Source: Lama glama (Eukaryota). Taken from it: DNA of 63,740 nucleotides. Under the pieces are notes generated by a model. It was not told the DNA's origin. It made no database searches and saw only the letters and a list, made by a program, of their open reading frames with translations. The position numbers were made by a program, and so were the translations under genes. Shown here piece by piece: positions 31,091 to 44,620 of the stretch (within the stretch, counting starts at the first letter, position 1; each line of letters starts with the position of its first letter). The DNA is taken from NCBI GenBank assembly GCA_028534125.1, contig CM052816.1, positions 63,490,001 to 63,553,740 of the forward strand. Reading direction: 5' to 3'.

Positions 31091-32627
31091 TCATCATTTA
31101 TTATAATCATAATACTGTGGTATTTGCTGCATTTATGTTACACATGGTTTGAAAATTAAAATTAAAACTAACAGATTGTGCCCTTTGTTACAGCCAAGCC
31201 CAAACTTTAACTGGAGATATGATAGTCTGAATTCAGGATTAATAATATACCCAGGAAATCACTTTCATATTAAAAACAATTCTTTAGTCTAAATGCATTG
31301 TTAGCTCCAAATGAAACATTTCTTATTAAAGCCACACTTAACCTATTTCAAAAATTCATTTGTTATATACATAACTTAATTATCCTAGAAAATTGAGCAG
31401 AAGAGACATACTGCTCAACCCAAACATGAATAAAAAAACTCCAGAAAAGTGTAAATTCTTAGGGGGAAAACTGATTTAATCATATTCTCCTCCCCAAATC
31501 CAAATCCAGTGTTTTAACAAAGCAGAAATATGGATTCTTTTACGTTCACTTACTATTTTTATTGACTCTATAAAAAAAAACTAAGGTATGGTATAAAACT
31601 GCCCCAATAGGATAGTAGGACACAGAATTTAAAGGAATTAGAAGGCAAGATAATTTTAAAAATCTTTAGAATTCAAATTATTGAATACTGACTGTAATCT
31701 ACTTTTTTGCTTCAAAACTGCCTTCTAAGGAATAATACCAACTATGTCAACTGAGAAGCAGAATATAAAGTAAGAATTAAGAGGTCACAGAGATGTAAAA
31801 ATATTATGAAGTACCCACAGAAAACAGTAGGTGGCATGTGTTAAGTACCAGTAGATCTATTTGTTTTATTATTTTTTCAAAACCCAACTGGTCATTCTCA
31901 GGTCACTTTCAGATATAAGCTGATTTATTTAGGCTGAATATTATACTGATTCCACAGTTCCACGGCACAACATCTTTATGATTAAGGGCATTTGAACATA
32001 CTCCTAAGTAAGAAAACAATCCTGATGTTTTATTACAGGAAACAAGTTCTGAGAATATAATAGACACAATACGAGTACAATGGAGGAATTATATTTACAA
32101 CAGCAGAATTTCTAACATGTGAAGACCCATAAAGAGATAGAAGACCAGTCTTCTACACAATTTTTCCACTGCTAATAAAGTTTCGCTACCCCCTAAGGGA
32201 ACATGAGAGCGGCACTACAGAGCTACATTCTCAACATGTAGTATAAATCAAAACACAAGGAATTTCCACTCTTTCATTGTGATATGTTGAACTTATTAAT
32301 CATGGAAAAACAATAAAATTTATAGTATAACCATGCATTTTAATTGGATATTCTTCTGAATGTATTTTTAGATGTTTTTAAAATGTCAAAATCTTATTAT
32401 TCTTGATGTCATAATACATCCATTAGAATTCTGTAACACAATGGCTTATTATTCAAAATGGACTAAGATTTAAGACTAACTCATATCCACTAAAACTTGA
32501 AAAGCACATGGAGTAAAAATCTGTTATGATAGATAACTTATTTTCCCAAGCGTCTGTTAGTTATTTCTTAATATCAATTTAAGGAATTATACTGAAATCT
32601 TTAAATGAATGCCTAATTACTTTTTCA

Positions 32628-32837
<210 letters not shown>

Positions 32838-33355
32838 TCAGAGTACTGTACTTACACAAAAAATTTTTATGTTGAATTTTACCACATACACCAAAAAAAG
32901 GTACACAGTGACAAAACATGCCTATACCAAATATGTAAACTTTACTTATGAGCTGCTTTAACAAAACTAGGAACAGGACAATACACAAATAAGAGTCAAG
33001 AAAAAAAGACTCTAACAAATTGATACATGTCATCTCTTGGTTTGGAATCAAAGATCTTTGAATTGGAAAGGATCAAGAAGCCTAAGAATTTCTTCTATAA
33101 CATCTGTCAAATTATTATCTGGCCAGATTTTTAAATTCAAAGCAACTGAAACACTGTTATAGTTTTATATTTATAAATTTTTTCCTCCAAAATAACAAAC
33201 TAAACTAACAAGCAAAAAATTTTTCCACAGTGGTAAAAAGCTGCAATCAAGTTTGCAATTAAAAATTATACTCTTTACCATTTGGGGACTTGTAAGTTGG
33301 ACCAAGAGAGAATACATGTATGCCTAAAATGACTGAATCCTTGATACATGATTTA

Positions 33356-33502
<147 letters not shown>

Positions 33503-34671
33503 TTAAAATTCAGAACAAAAAATTAGTAAAGTTAAACCCTGGTAAGAGGAACAGAGATATCTAAAAAGAATTGATCCTTAAAAGTTGCATTAGTAAACTG
33601 CCAGGTTCTCTACTTATGTGTGTATAAACAAAATATATAATAATCAATTCTGTTCAGTAAACTGACAAACTAAGAGGTTTTCCAAGTAACATGTGCAGAC
33701 TTAGGTTTTACCAATGTAACTATAGCTATAAAACTCAATCTGAGTAATTTATACAACAACCAAAGCCAAGCTTGATTTTAAATAATCATTTAAAAATCAA
33801 AAGTGTGCAAAATATGTATTTTATATGCATTCTCATTTTTTAAAACTTACACAATTCAGAAATACAGAAAGTAAAAACTTAAGTCCTTCAACCCTCCCTG
33901 TATTCCAAATTCCACTCTTTGCTCCTCAAATATGCAAATCCTGAATGGAGAATTTCCCACTATGAAAGTTACAAAAGTCTATAAAGGAATATTAAGTTAA
34001 ATATAAACATCACATTTTACAAAGACATATAAATTTTCACAAGGCTCAAAGGATAGTGCTTCAAGTGCTGGATTCTCCCTCTACCTTCAATCTCTTCTCC
34101 AATACCTATGCCCGTCCTGTCTCACCATCCATACATGCAGAGAAACATCACTATTAGGAAGGACCATTCTGAATTGCTGAATAGTAGAAAAGAATTTAAC
34201 TACACTTTATATCACCCAGCTGAAAACATATGAGAGACCTGCAATTAACTACAATTTATACCTGGTTCAACTTGTCTTCAGCTAACTCCAAAGTAACCCA
34301 TGACCCTTTCTGAAAATCTGTCAGCCAGAAAATCATGTAAAAATGTCACAATGATTAAATTTACCCTTTTGAAATCAATTAACGGACTTCCTCCCCATTC
34401 CTTTCTTTCTCATAATATTCTCTTCAAATCTGAAAAATTACTGGTTAAATAGGATGAATTAAAATTGCACATATCATGCAATTTCATATTCATCACATAC
34501 CTTTATAAATCATTTTTTGATATCACTGACACTGTTGTGTTGGGAAATCAATATACCAATCTTAAAATTAGCCATGTAAAGTTTAAATAAATAATGTCGA
34601 GGCTAATGTTTACTTTTGATTCACCTTGTCAGGGCCGTAGGCAAAATTAATAGGTAAATTTTTATTTTTAC

Positions 34672-34726
34672 CTCTATTATCTCTTGGAGGAGGATCATTC
34701 TTAACAGAAGCCACAGTCCGTCGATT
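34672..34726 (-). CDS. KIF2A: KIF2A exon 4 (NRRTVASVKNDPPPRDNR)
   Basis: tgtag|AAT...AGAG|gtaaaa; 55 nt. Confidence 0.95.
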
Positions 34727-34984
34727 CTACAAAACAGAAAATGTTCATTTCACTTTCTCTCTTTACTCCTCATATATATATGTCTATCATAATCAGCTTT
34801 TTTTAATTAAACAAAAAGTAGTTAGACACACAATAATATAAAACTAAATAGAAAAGAAGGAAAAAATAAATGGAAAAAAAGTGTAAATAATCTTCTATGA
34901 ATTACCAGTAATGCAATCAATATCTAAGTTTCTTTCTATGAGTATCCTACCACTGCCCCAAAATATTCAGGAATTAATATGAAC

Positions 34985-35130
34985 AGGCACTGCTCTAAGA
35001 ACTTTAACCAGGCATCGTTCTAAGGACTGTATTAATACATTTAATCTTCACAACAATGTTATGAGATCATTGTTATTGTTACGCTGGTTTCATAGATGAG
35101 GAAACTGAAGCAGAGAGGTTAAGTAATTCC
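34985..35130 (-). mobile_element. MIR SINE
   Basis: TTTCATAGATGAGGAAACTGAAGCAGAGAGGTTAAGTAA core. Confidence 0.7.
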
Positions 35131-35407
35131 ATTAAAGTGTATGTTTTTTAATCATCATACTATCCTGCCAAAACCATAATTTCATCTTTGAATGTCGAAG
35201 GTAATTAATAAAATACTAGTTTTAGACAACTTACAGCCCATTTTAACTGAAACATCAAACTACTATAAAATGCACACTGTCAGGTTTATTAAAAGGTTTC
35301 ATTAGACTTTCAAAGACTTCAACACAGCATAGATTAAGACAGCAAATTTTTGGTCCTATTATTTATTTACCAAGACTTCATTTTATTCAAAAAAAAGGTA
35401 TTAAGAA

Positions 35408-35553
35408 GGGAGGGTAAAGCTCAGTGGTAGAGTATGTGCTTTAGCACACACGAGGTTCTGGGTTCAATTCCCAGTACCTCCATTAAATATAAATAAATAT
35501 AAATAATAAATAAATAAATCTAATTACCCTCCCCCCAAAAAACTTTTTTAAAA
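35408..35553 (+). mobile_element. Vic-1-like tRNA-derived SINE
   Basis: GGGAGGGTAAAGCTCAGTGGTAGAG...GGTTCAATTCCCAGTACCTCC...TAATTACCCTCCCCCC; AAGACAGCAAAT repeat at 35336-35347 and 35554-35565. Confidence 0.88.
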
Positions 35554-35740
35554 AAGACAGCAAATAATACAATGGTTCTCAATGCTAACTGCACATTCAA
35601 ATCAGATGGATATTATTGAAAAGATATTCTAGGGCTTCCCTTTAGAGAAAATAAAACTGAATGCTTGGGAGTGGGCCTAGGAATCAGTATTATAAAAAAT
35701 TCCCCAAGTGATTCTAATGCACAGCAGAAGTTTTTAATGA

Positions 35741-35923
35741 CACTGTATAGCACAGGGAAATATACACAAAATGTTATGATAAATCACAGAGAAAAAAATG
35801 TGACAATGAGTGTGTATATGTCCATGTATGACTGAAAAATTGTACTGAACACTGGAATTTGACACAACACTGTAAAATGATTATGAATCAATAAAAATGT
35901 AAAAAAAATAAAAAAAAAAAATA
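35741..35923 (+). mobile_element. 5'-truncated L1 3' end with poly(A) and 15-bp TSD, inserted into a MER5A-like element
   Basis: TSD AGAAGTTTTTAATGA at 35726-35740 and 35924-35938; AATAAA plus A tail. Confidence 0.88.
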
Positions 35924-36649
35924 AGAAGTTTTTAATGATAACCAAGAAAGATAAACTGCGAAGATCCTTCAAGGTTGAAAAGCCAAATATGAAAAACAGT
36001 CCGTTTACAAGTATTAATGAATGATCTTTCTAAGCAGTGACTCTCAATATGCTGAAATTAAATGAATCGAAAATCTACTCTAAGTTCATATGCTTGGTTT
36101 AAAAAGCAGAATGTTTTGTTAATATTGTTGAGTTTCTACCATGTTATATTTAAATGCTTATGTATGTCTTTCCTGTAAGATAACAAATTCCTATAGGACT
36201 ATAGTCATGTCACATTTATTTTTTTAGAAGATTAAAACAATGTAGAGGAATTTCTGAATACAAAAAAACTACAGACTTAACTTTGAGGGACTACTTGATT
36301 TAAAAAGAATTGTATTTTGATACAAAGTTTTAACAGTGAGACATTTTGATAGAAAAAAACAGGAATTATCTTTTAAAATAATAAAAATAACATGCCTTCC
36401 AAGTTATATGGATTCATTCAATAAATACTAATAAGCAAAATGGCTTTGACCCATGTCTCCTAAGAAACTTAGTCTCAGAAAACAATCCTGATCAGGCATG
36501 TAATTTCTAAGATCTTACCTAATGTCAAAACTATAAACTAGACAACTTTCAATCCTTGAAAGTATGTGTAGATGGCAGAAAGAATTAAGGGTTTTTAAAA
36601 AAAAAACAAACTAATACATAAACATATTCTTCACAGCCTGTCCATTTCA

Positions 36650-36823
<174 letters not shown>

Positions 36824-37204
36824 TTAAAGATGCATATATTTTGAGAGCACATTTTGACAATTAACCTTTCATTTTTCAATTAAATGTATGTTGTTTATGA
36901 AATGTTAAACAATTTCAGCCTAATGAGTGATATTATCTTGAAAATTAGATTATCTAGAATTATAACCCACATATATTTTAAAGAATCTCCCTTAAGGTAC
37001 AACTTTGCAATCTAGATTGTATGTTCAATCACATAAGATATGCAGGAGGAAATCTACCTTTGAGAGAAATTTTTTAATCATCTGAAAGTTTTTCAAGGAA
37101 TGATAAGGAATACATGCTCTATATTAAAATTATTTACTTTCTATTTTGTTCTATATTCAAAATCTTGATTATAAGATTAGAAATAAAATTTAACCTAGTG
37201 ATCA

Positions 37205-37342
<138 letters not shown>

Positions 37343-38007
37343 TTACGGTGTTCCTAAACTCTGTCAAAAAACAATTTTATAATTTACAAACTTAAAAGAC
37401 TATGATACTACTTTTCTTACAAGAGACTTCCACAGATTCTCAGGATTACGGAACACACCTTTGCCTATGGAAACATACATCAATTTGCCACTTGTCAAGA
37501 CCAGGAACTCAAGAAATTGGATTAGACTGAAAGTTTTATTTTCAGCATACATGAAAAGTGGTTAAACAGTGGCATGGAATGCCTGAAATTTTGTACTATT
37601 AAAACAATTCTAATCCTTAGAAAGCTTTTCTGAGCCAATACTAATTCTGGAAAACACAACAAAAATTCATAAAGCATTTTTTAATACTATACTGATATAA
37701 AATACTTTTTTCTTAAATTTCACTAGCACATAATGTACAAATTGATGATATTGTTTTAAAATTAAGGAAAGGATTCTGAATTCAAGAAGTCTGAGAAACA
37801 CTAGTCTAAAATGTTCTTTTTCTTCATGTTGCCTATTCAAATCCATTCTACCCCTTACTTTCTCTGACGATTCCAGTATTTACCGTCTATAGAGAGAAGA
37901 CGTTATATATATCTTAAACTTTTCTCTCTCCTAATAGACTATGGATCTTACCTGCTAATAACTATAGATATAAATAATTATTATACATTTTTACATAACA
38001 TTCCATT

Positions 38008-38140
38008 ATTTTTTTTATTGAAGTATAGTCAGTTATGTGTCAATTTCTGGTACACAGCACAATGTTCCAGTCATGCATATACATACCATATATTCGTTTT
38101 CATATTCTTTTTCATTAACGGTTATTATCAGATATTGTAT
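38008..38140 (-). mobile_element. Short L1 3'-end fragment (camelid-type)
   Basis: TTGAAGTATAGTCAGTT...TTTCTGGTACACAGCACAAT, homologous to the other L1 tails here. Confidence 0.7.
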
Positions 38141-38374
38141 TACATTATGTTTATCACAACTTATTTAATACCTATTGGTGGTCACTTAGGTTATCTGCAA
38201 CTTTTTACTACTATAAACACTGCAATAAATACTACTGCACATTTTTATTATGCACTTGTTATCAAGCATCATTTGTCTCTGAGACAAATTCCTAGAAGTA
38301 GATCAACAGGTTTACACACACACACATACATCCCATACACAAGTATAGGTATATGCATGTGTGTGTACCTATAT

Positions 38375-38375
38375 A

Positions 38376-38413
<38 letters not shown>
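38375..38413. repeat. (TG)n(TA)n microsatellite
   Basis: Read directly from the sequence. Confidence 0.9.
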
Positions 38414-38414
<1 letters not shown>

Positions 38415-39559
38415 TTTAACTTATTTCATCTGTTTTCATCTTACCTACCCATTTGATTACTAGCCAAGTAAGGATAGACTATTCATTATATATCTGCACT
38501 TTCAATATTATCTAATAAAATGCTAAGCATATGGAATTTTCATATATATTTCCTAAATGAAATACCCAAGGCATTTATAATTTATCTTAGAATAATTTAT
38601 AGTTCTTTAAATATCTTTTAAAAAAGACATAATATATAAAACAAAGAATATTATAATAACAAAGCATATAATATCTTTAAAGAAAATATGAATACTAATA
38701 ATTTTCTAAGTATTTATGTATGAACTTACTATCACTACTTTTCCATATGGGCTCATATAAAATTTGAATAAATAAATAATCTTGTTAAAAATTCAAATAC
38801 TGAAGATTTAAGTACATACTCTCAAGCAACATACTGATGCTCCTTTAAAAACTGAATATATACTGGCAATCTTTCCATGACAGCATTAAAGCCTGACATT
38901 AATTTTAACAACTGCATAGCATACCATAAAAGGAATGCATCACAGTTTATTCCTTTACCACAAGTAATTTGTTTCCAAATGTTTGCCATTAAAAGATGTT
39001 GTTCTTTGTTATCTGTACATACGTTTGAATGTTTTCATAAATAAAACTGTTGAAGGCAGAATGGGTCAAAGAAATTGAAATTTTGATAGATACTTGAAAA
39101 CTGCCTTCCATTTATATTCCCACCAACAATGGGACCTATTTCTCCATATCTTCACCAAAACTGAGCATTAATTGAAATATTTTTCCAATATGATAAGCCA
39201 TACCCTTATTTAAGTTACTACTTTTTTAATATAGGTCAAAGACCAGCTCATTGGTTCATTTAATATAACATACCTATGAAGTAGGTATCTTCCTTTATAA
39301 AATGAGAAAACTGAAGCTCACCATTACACAGCTAATAACTAGCACGGATTTTAACCTTAGATGCAAAAGCACATGCTATTATCACTACGCTTCTCAACTC
39401 CCCTAAATTAAGCTGATGAAGAAGTGTGTGTGGCTTAAATTCCAAATGTCCCTGTAAAAATGTATAAACTATAATAGCATAGAGTCTTAACCCTCATTAT
39501 GCACCAGAAACTCCTAAGGAGCTTTTACAAAATAAAATGATGACACCTCCAGATAATGT

Positions 39560-39870
39560 GTTGGTTCTTAGTGTTTTCACTGCAATCACCTTGGTGTAAG
39601 CCATCAATGCCTTGATCTTGCATTACTGCGATTCTCTGCCAAGTAGTCTGCTTCTACCCTACCTGCCATACTGTCGAGTCTCCATAGAACAACCTAAACA
39701 TTCTTGATAAAAACTAAGTCAGATTACACTACTCCTTTGCTCAAAATCTTCCAGTGTCTCCCCATCTCACACAAAATAAAAGCCAAAGTCTTTCCAACGG
39801 TCTTTTAATGACCTATATAACAAAGTCCTACATATCTGACCCCTCATTACCTGTGACCTTATTTATCCTT
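39560..39870 (+). mobile_element. L2 fragment
   Basis: CTCCTTTGCTCAAAATCTTCCAGTG...AATAAAAGCCAAAGTC, typical of the L2 3' region. Confidence 0.6.
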
Positions 39871-40179
39871 CCTTGACTATGGTAATTCTCAATTTTACTG
39901 ACTGATCCCTACCTCATGCAATACTCTTCCTCCCCCAAAAAAGTTCTAAGTGGGTCAAGGACTGAAATGTGAAAGACAAATATAAAAGCAACCGAGTAAA
40001 TAGTGGTGCCATTTACTCAGATAAACGGACATTAGAGGAGAAGCAGGTGTTGAGGATGGAGGGAAATGATGAGCTGGAAAATACTGGCAGGATTCAAGGG
40101 AGAGGCTTAAAAAAGGGAAATTAGATAATGCTCACTGAAATCTGATTTGAACAGAAATTAGGTAAATAACCTGTACAAA

Positions 40180-40600
40180 CAGTATCAGCTGGGTCCTCTG
40201 GGAAGCAGATGTTGAGACAGTTAGGAGAACAAGAGGTTTACTGTGAGAGATAAAAGGAGGAAGAAACAGGACTGGGCATGGAAAACTTTCAGACCACAAT
40301 ACAGATCTGAAGTCTGTGAAGGAAAGGAAATACAAAGCAGGACTGAGCAGAGAAAGCCTCAGACCTCGATGTAGATCTGACAGCTTGGCCAACAAATCAG
40401 GGAGTTCCAGAGCAAAGATGCCCATTAGAGGAGGCCCACACTAGGCCAAAGTGGAAATACCCTAGAACTCACACCATGCTCAGTCACTGGCTGGAGGTTT
40501 CTCAGGAAATGCAAAGCCTCAGCTCAAAAGCACTCCCTGAAGCAGAAGTTTTTTCTCAAAGTGAGATCTAAGCAGTGTGTATATATATTGTTGCCATAGG
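40180..40600. mobile_element. ERV-L solo LTR (LTR16-like)
   Basis: CTGGGAAGCAGATGTTGAGA...GCAGGACTGAGCAGAG...GGGAGTTCCAGAGC resembles the LTR16 family as I recall it. Confidence 0.55.
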
Positions 40601-40618
40601 ATATGAATAAGCCAGAGA

Positions 40619-41890
40619 CTGAGTTTAATTGGTAATGAAAGTGGAGAGTGGACTCCATAGCGTTATGAGCTTCCCTGCTATTCACCAACACAACCTAAGA
40701 GGAGCCACCACTGCTTGCATCAAGCCCCAAATTTATCACCATCTCCATAAAATGAATAGTGAGACTGAGACCCAGCAGCCACTCTTTTCCCACCTCACCA
40801 CCCTTAGTAGCTTCACAACAGTAATACCCACTAGTGGGGACAAGAACATTATTACAACAAAGGTTTTGGGGAAAGTGAAGTGGTTTAATATAAGACATTG
40901 ATATGATTTCATCAATAGGAAACGACACAAGGAAGATTTATTTGAACACCAGACTACCATAAACAATAACTTCTAGCAAGAAATGGAGAGGCTGTGGTTG
41001 ACGTTGTTGAAGAAGGGTATAAAAAAAGGTCCCCATGCAACTCCTAACAGAAATACCACAATAATTAGAATGGGGAAAAGCACGTTCATGTTCCAAAAGG
41101 TAAGATCAACACCACCATTTCTACTGTTAGGCATCTACCACAATATTCTAACGTTCCTAAGGAGGGATAAGTGACTTAGTATACTGATAACTACACATGT
41201 GAGAAGAGACTCATATCAGTGGGACTAAATCTGTATTAGGACTATAGGTCATGATTTCACATAGACTTTAATCTCTAAAGGCTTGGAAAGATCAGCAAAG
41301 AAGATAAAGAAATCAAGGAGGTAACACCTGGTATCAGCAGTCTTCTTAACACTGGTACCTCTACAACTTCCATTACCAATGCAGACACCCAGAAAGCCTT
41401 AAACCACAAGTTAGCAGAGTCAAAATCACATGATCTATCAGCTGATCAGTTTTAGTGAAGACTAAACGCTACAGGTTTAGTAGGGCAGGACTGAGAAAAT
41501 GTTAGCTTCTCTTTATCAGAGTCCAGTTTACTCATCCAACAAGAAATAAATGTGAAATTCCAGCAAAAAAATGAATAAAGGCTGGAAGTGAATGAACGAA
41601 TGAAGTCTTAAGTGTTTGCTTTTTGCCAGTGGATCAGGTAACTAGAAATATCTGCAGTACTTATTTAGCATGGTTTTTTTTTTTAACTATTTTTACCAAA
41701 AGATGTTTCTAAAAAATAATCTCTAAGACTCAATTTTCCTAATATGCCTTCAAAACTTTTTATTTGTTTTACACATGGTTCAGTTGAGATACAAATACCT
41801 CATTTTAAATTGTAAAAATTTATAATTTGATTATTTTCAGAAGTCAAATAGCAGTCACCTATTAACAAAGGAGTTACATAATAGAATAAA
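40619..41890 (+). pseudogene. YBX1: Old full-length processed pseudogene of YBX1 (Y-box binding protein 1)
   Basis: ATG at 40752 gives MNSETETQQP (YBX1 MSSEAETQQP); cold-shock domain remnant [39 protein letters not shown]; C-terminal YRRNFNYRRRRPENPKPQ-like DNA near 41356-41420; YBX1-like 5' and 3' UTRs; no introns; many stops and indels. Confidence 0.9.
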
Positions 41891-42537
41891 AAGGGAAAGA
41901 TATATGAGATTTTTCAAAGGTAAAAAAATCATGATTGATAAACACCACAGAGGTATATAATAAGAAAATTCTGAGCCTGGATGACTGAGAAAACAATGCC
42001 ACTAGTGGGAGAGTGAGGTACTTTATCCTAAGTCAGTTGTTAATAGTAATCATGCCCTGGTGTTAATAAGACAACCTACAGACACAGAATTATAGCTCAA
42101 GAGACAAATTAGGATTGGGTTCCTGTGACAATCTTCTCACATGACCCTCCAACCATCCCATTTTTCCAGTTTGAGAAAATTCCTGTACTCCATCCTAATT
42201 CACTATCCTTTGACTCTCTAATCTCATTGACTTGATTATGAATTATATTGTACACACATACACATTTAAAAAAATAAAAGAGCAAACACCTGTGTATTTA
42301 CCATAAGCCAGGTTAAAAAACAATACCTTTGAAACCCTGTATATCTACCTCCCTAAATGAATCTGCCTCTCTCCCTCCCTTTTTCCCCTCCACCAGAAGT
42401 AACCACTACCCCATATTTGAGATAATCATACTGTGACTTTTCTTCAGTTCTATCACTTATAAATGTAACACACAAGAAATCTAAAGTTTGCCTATTTTTA
42501 AAACTGTACATAAATGGATACTTTTAAGACTTCTTTC

Positions 42538-42765
42538 AGGGGTTGGGAAGGGACAGACTGGGATTTCAAAATGTAGAATAGATAAACAAGATTGTACTGT
42601 ATAGCACAGGGAAATACATACAGGATTTTGTGGTGGCTCACAGAGAAAGAGAATACGACAATGAATGTATGTATGTGCATGTATAACTGAAAAACTGTGC
42701 TCTACACTGGAATGTGACACAACATTGACTATAACTCAATAAAAAATGTTTAAATAAATTTAAAA
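42538..42765 (+). mobile_element. 5'-truncated L1 3' end with TSD
   Basis: GGGGTTGGGAAGGGACAGACTGGGA...CTGTATAGCACAGGGAAATA...AATAAA; TSD AAGACTTCTTTC / AAGATTTCTTTC. Confidence 0.82.
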
Positions 42766-42799
42766 AAGATTTCTTTCTTGTTGCACGACACTATTTTAT

Positions 42800-44620
42800 G
42801 TTGCTGTATATTAACCATAGTTCACTCATTTTCACTACCTATGTCAAAATTTATTCTATTGTTGATAGACATTTGCTTTTGCTTCTCTGTTAGGAACAAT
42901 GGTGCTATAAGGCATTCTTATACATGGGTACTGATAAAAATACAGAAATGTTTCTGGGATATACAGTAAGAGAAGAAATTAATGGTATGGGCATATCTAA
43001 CTATTCTAGTTAGTATTACAATGTTTCCTATACTGGCTACCTGTAAAGATCTGTAATCCCACTAGCAATTACTTCATATCCACAATAATACTTAATATTT
43101 GCCAAATTTAATGTGTCCTACTGTGGTTCTAATTTGACTTAATGAAGTTATGCCTATTTCGTGTATTTTGGCCATTCGGATGTTTGTCTTTTTCCTGTTT
43201 GTTTATTACTTCTCTACAGAAATTCCCTTTATATCCTTGGTAACAACCGTCTATTAAATGTGTTACAAATACTTTCTCCAAAATTGTGGCTTATCTTTTC
43301 ACTTTTTTTTATGATGTATTTGATGAATTAGTTTTTAATTTTAATGTAGTCTAATATATATGTTTTTCAATTATGGCTTTTTATGTCATAAAATTCTTTC
43401 TGAGACTCAGGTCATTAAGACAGTTTCTTACATTTTCTTCTAAAGTTTTAAAGCCTTTTATATTCAGGACCGTAAACCACTGTCATTTCAATCTTTGGGT
43501 ATGGTAACACAATTACCATTTTTCCTCATGGAAAACAAATTGTTTCAGCGCCATTTCCTGAAAAGCCCTCCCTTCTACTTATCTGCAATACCACCTGTCA
43601 AACTTCAAGCATACACACATGAGCCTATTTCTTTATACTTGAACCAAAACTACAGTGTCTATTATTATTATAGCTTTGCAATAAGTCTTGCTATCTGGTA
43701 AAAGAAGTCTTCCTGCCTTATTGTTCTTTAAGTTTGTTTGATCTTAGCCTTTTGCATATCTGTATAAATTTTAGAATCAGCTTGTCAAATTCCAAAAATT
43801 AAATAAATTAACAATAAAAAAATCCACCTGTTAGGATTCTGAATAGAGTTGCACTGAATATTTTGTTTATATTTTTACATCATTGATCAAGAGTAATGAC
43901 TGGCCAGCAGGTCTTTTTGTTTGTTTTCTCATACAAACTTTACTCTGGAATAGTTAGTGTAAAAGTAGAATTATTTGAACCTCGAGTGTTTGTTACATGC
44001 TGGTTAAAACCATCTTGGTTTAGTGTTTTATTCGTGAGAAGATTCAATTTCCTTAATTATAAGATTACAGTAATCTTGTAATTATATTATAGTTTACTAT
44101 CCCTGCCTGCTTTGATAATTATATTTTTCTAGGAGATTTATATTGAATTTTCACATTTTGGGCATAAACATGTTCATAATTATGTAGAATGCCTGTGGCA
44201 CCTATAATGATAATCACTTTTTATCTCCAATTTTTCAACTTTTTTCCTTGATAAATATCACCTGAGATTTGTCAAGTTTGTCTTTTCTAAGAACATTTGG
44301 TTTTGTTCAGTGCCTTTATTATATGATATTAAATAATGAATGCTCTTAGTCATTATTTCTTTCTTTCAACTGACTTTGGTCATATCTTGCTGGTTCTCTT
44401 TCTTAAATTCTTCAGGTGGATGCTTATTTACCTCATTCATCTTTATCCGTTCTTCTTTCCTTATAAGCAAGCAATTAAAGCTACACACTTCTAAGAACAG
44501 CTTTAGCAGCATCTTAAAATTTTTCATGTGTAGTATTTTTTTGTTACTGTTCAGTTCAGACTATTTTCTAATTTTATTCTCTGAATCTAGGTGTCCTGTT
44601 TATGATTTCTAAAGGTGAGC
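42800..44620 (-). mobile_element. Old degenerate L1M fragment
   Basis: T-rich strand with L1 motifs such as TTTTAGAATCAGCTTGTCAAATTCC. Confidence 0.65.

Noticed and set aside
38018..38419. 133-aa ORF
   Set aside because: It runs through L1 remnants and a microsatellite; low complexity.
40629..40901. 90-aa ORF containing a cold-shock-domain fragment
   Set aside because: It is part of the YBX1 pseudogene and stops just before the RNP1 motif, so it cannot encode a complete domain.
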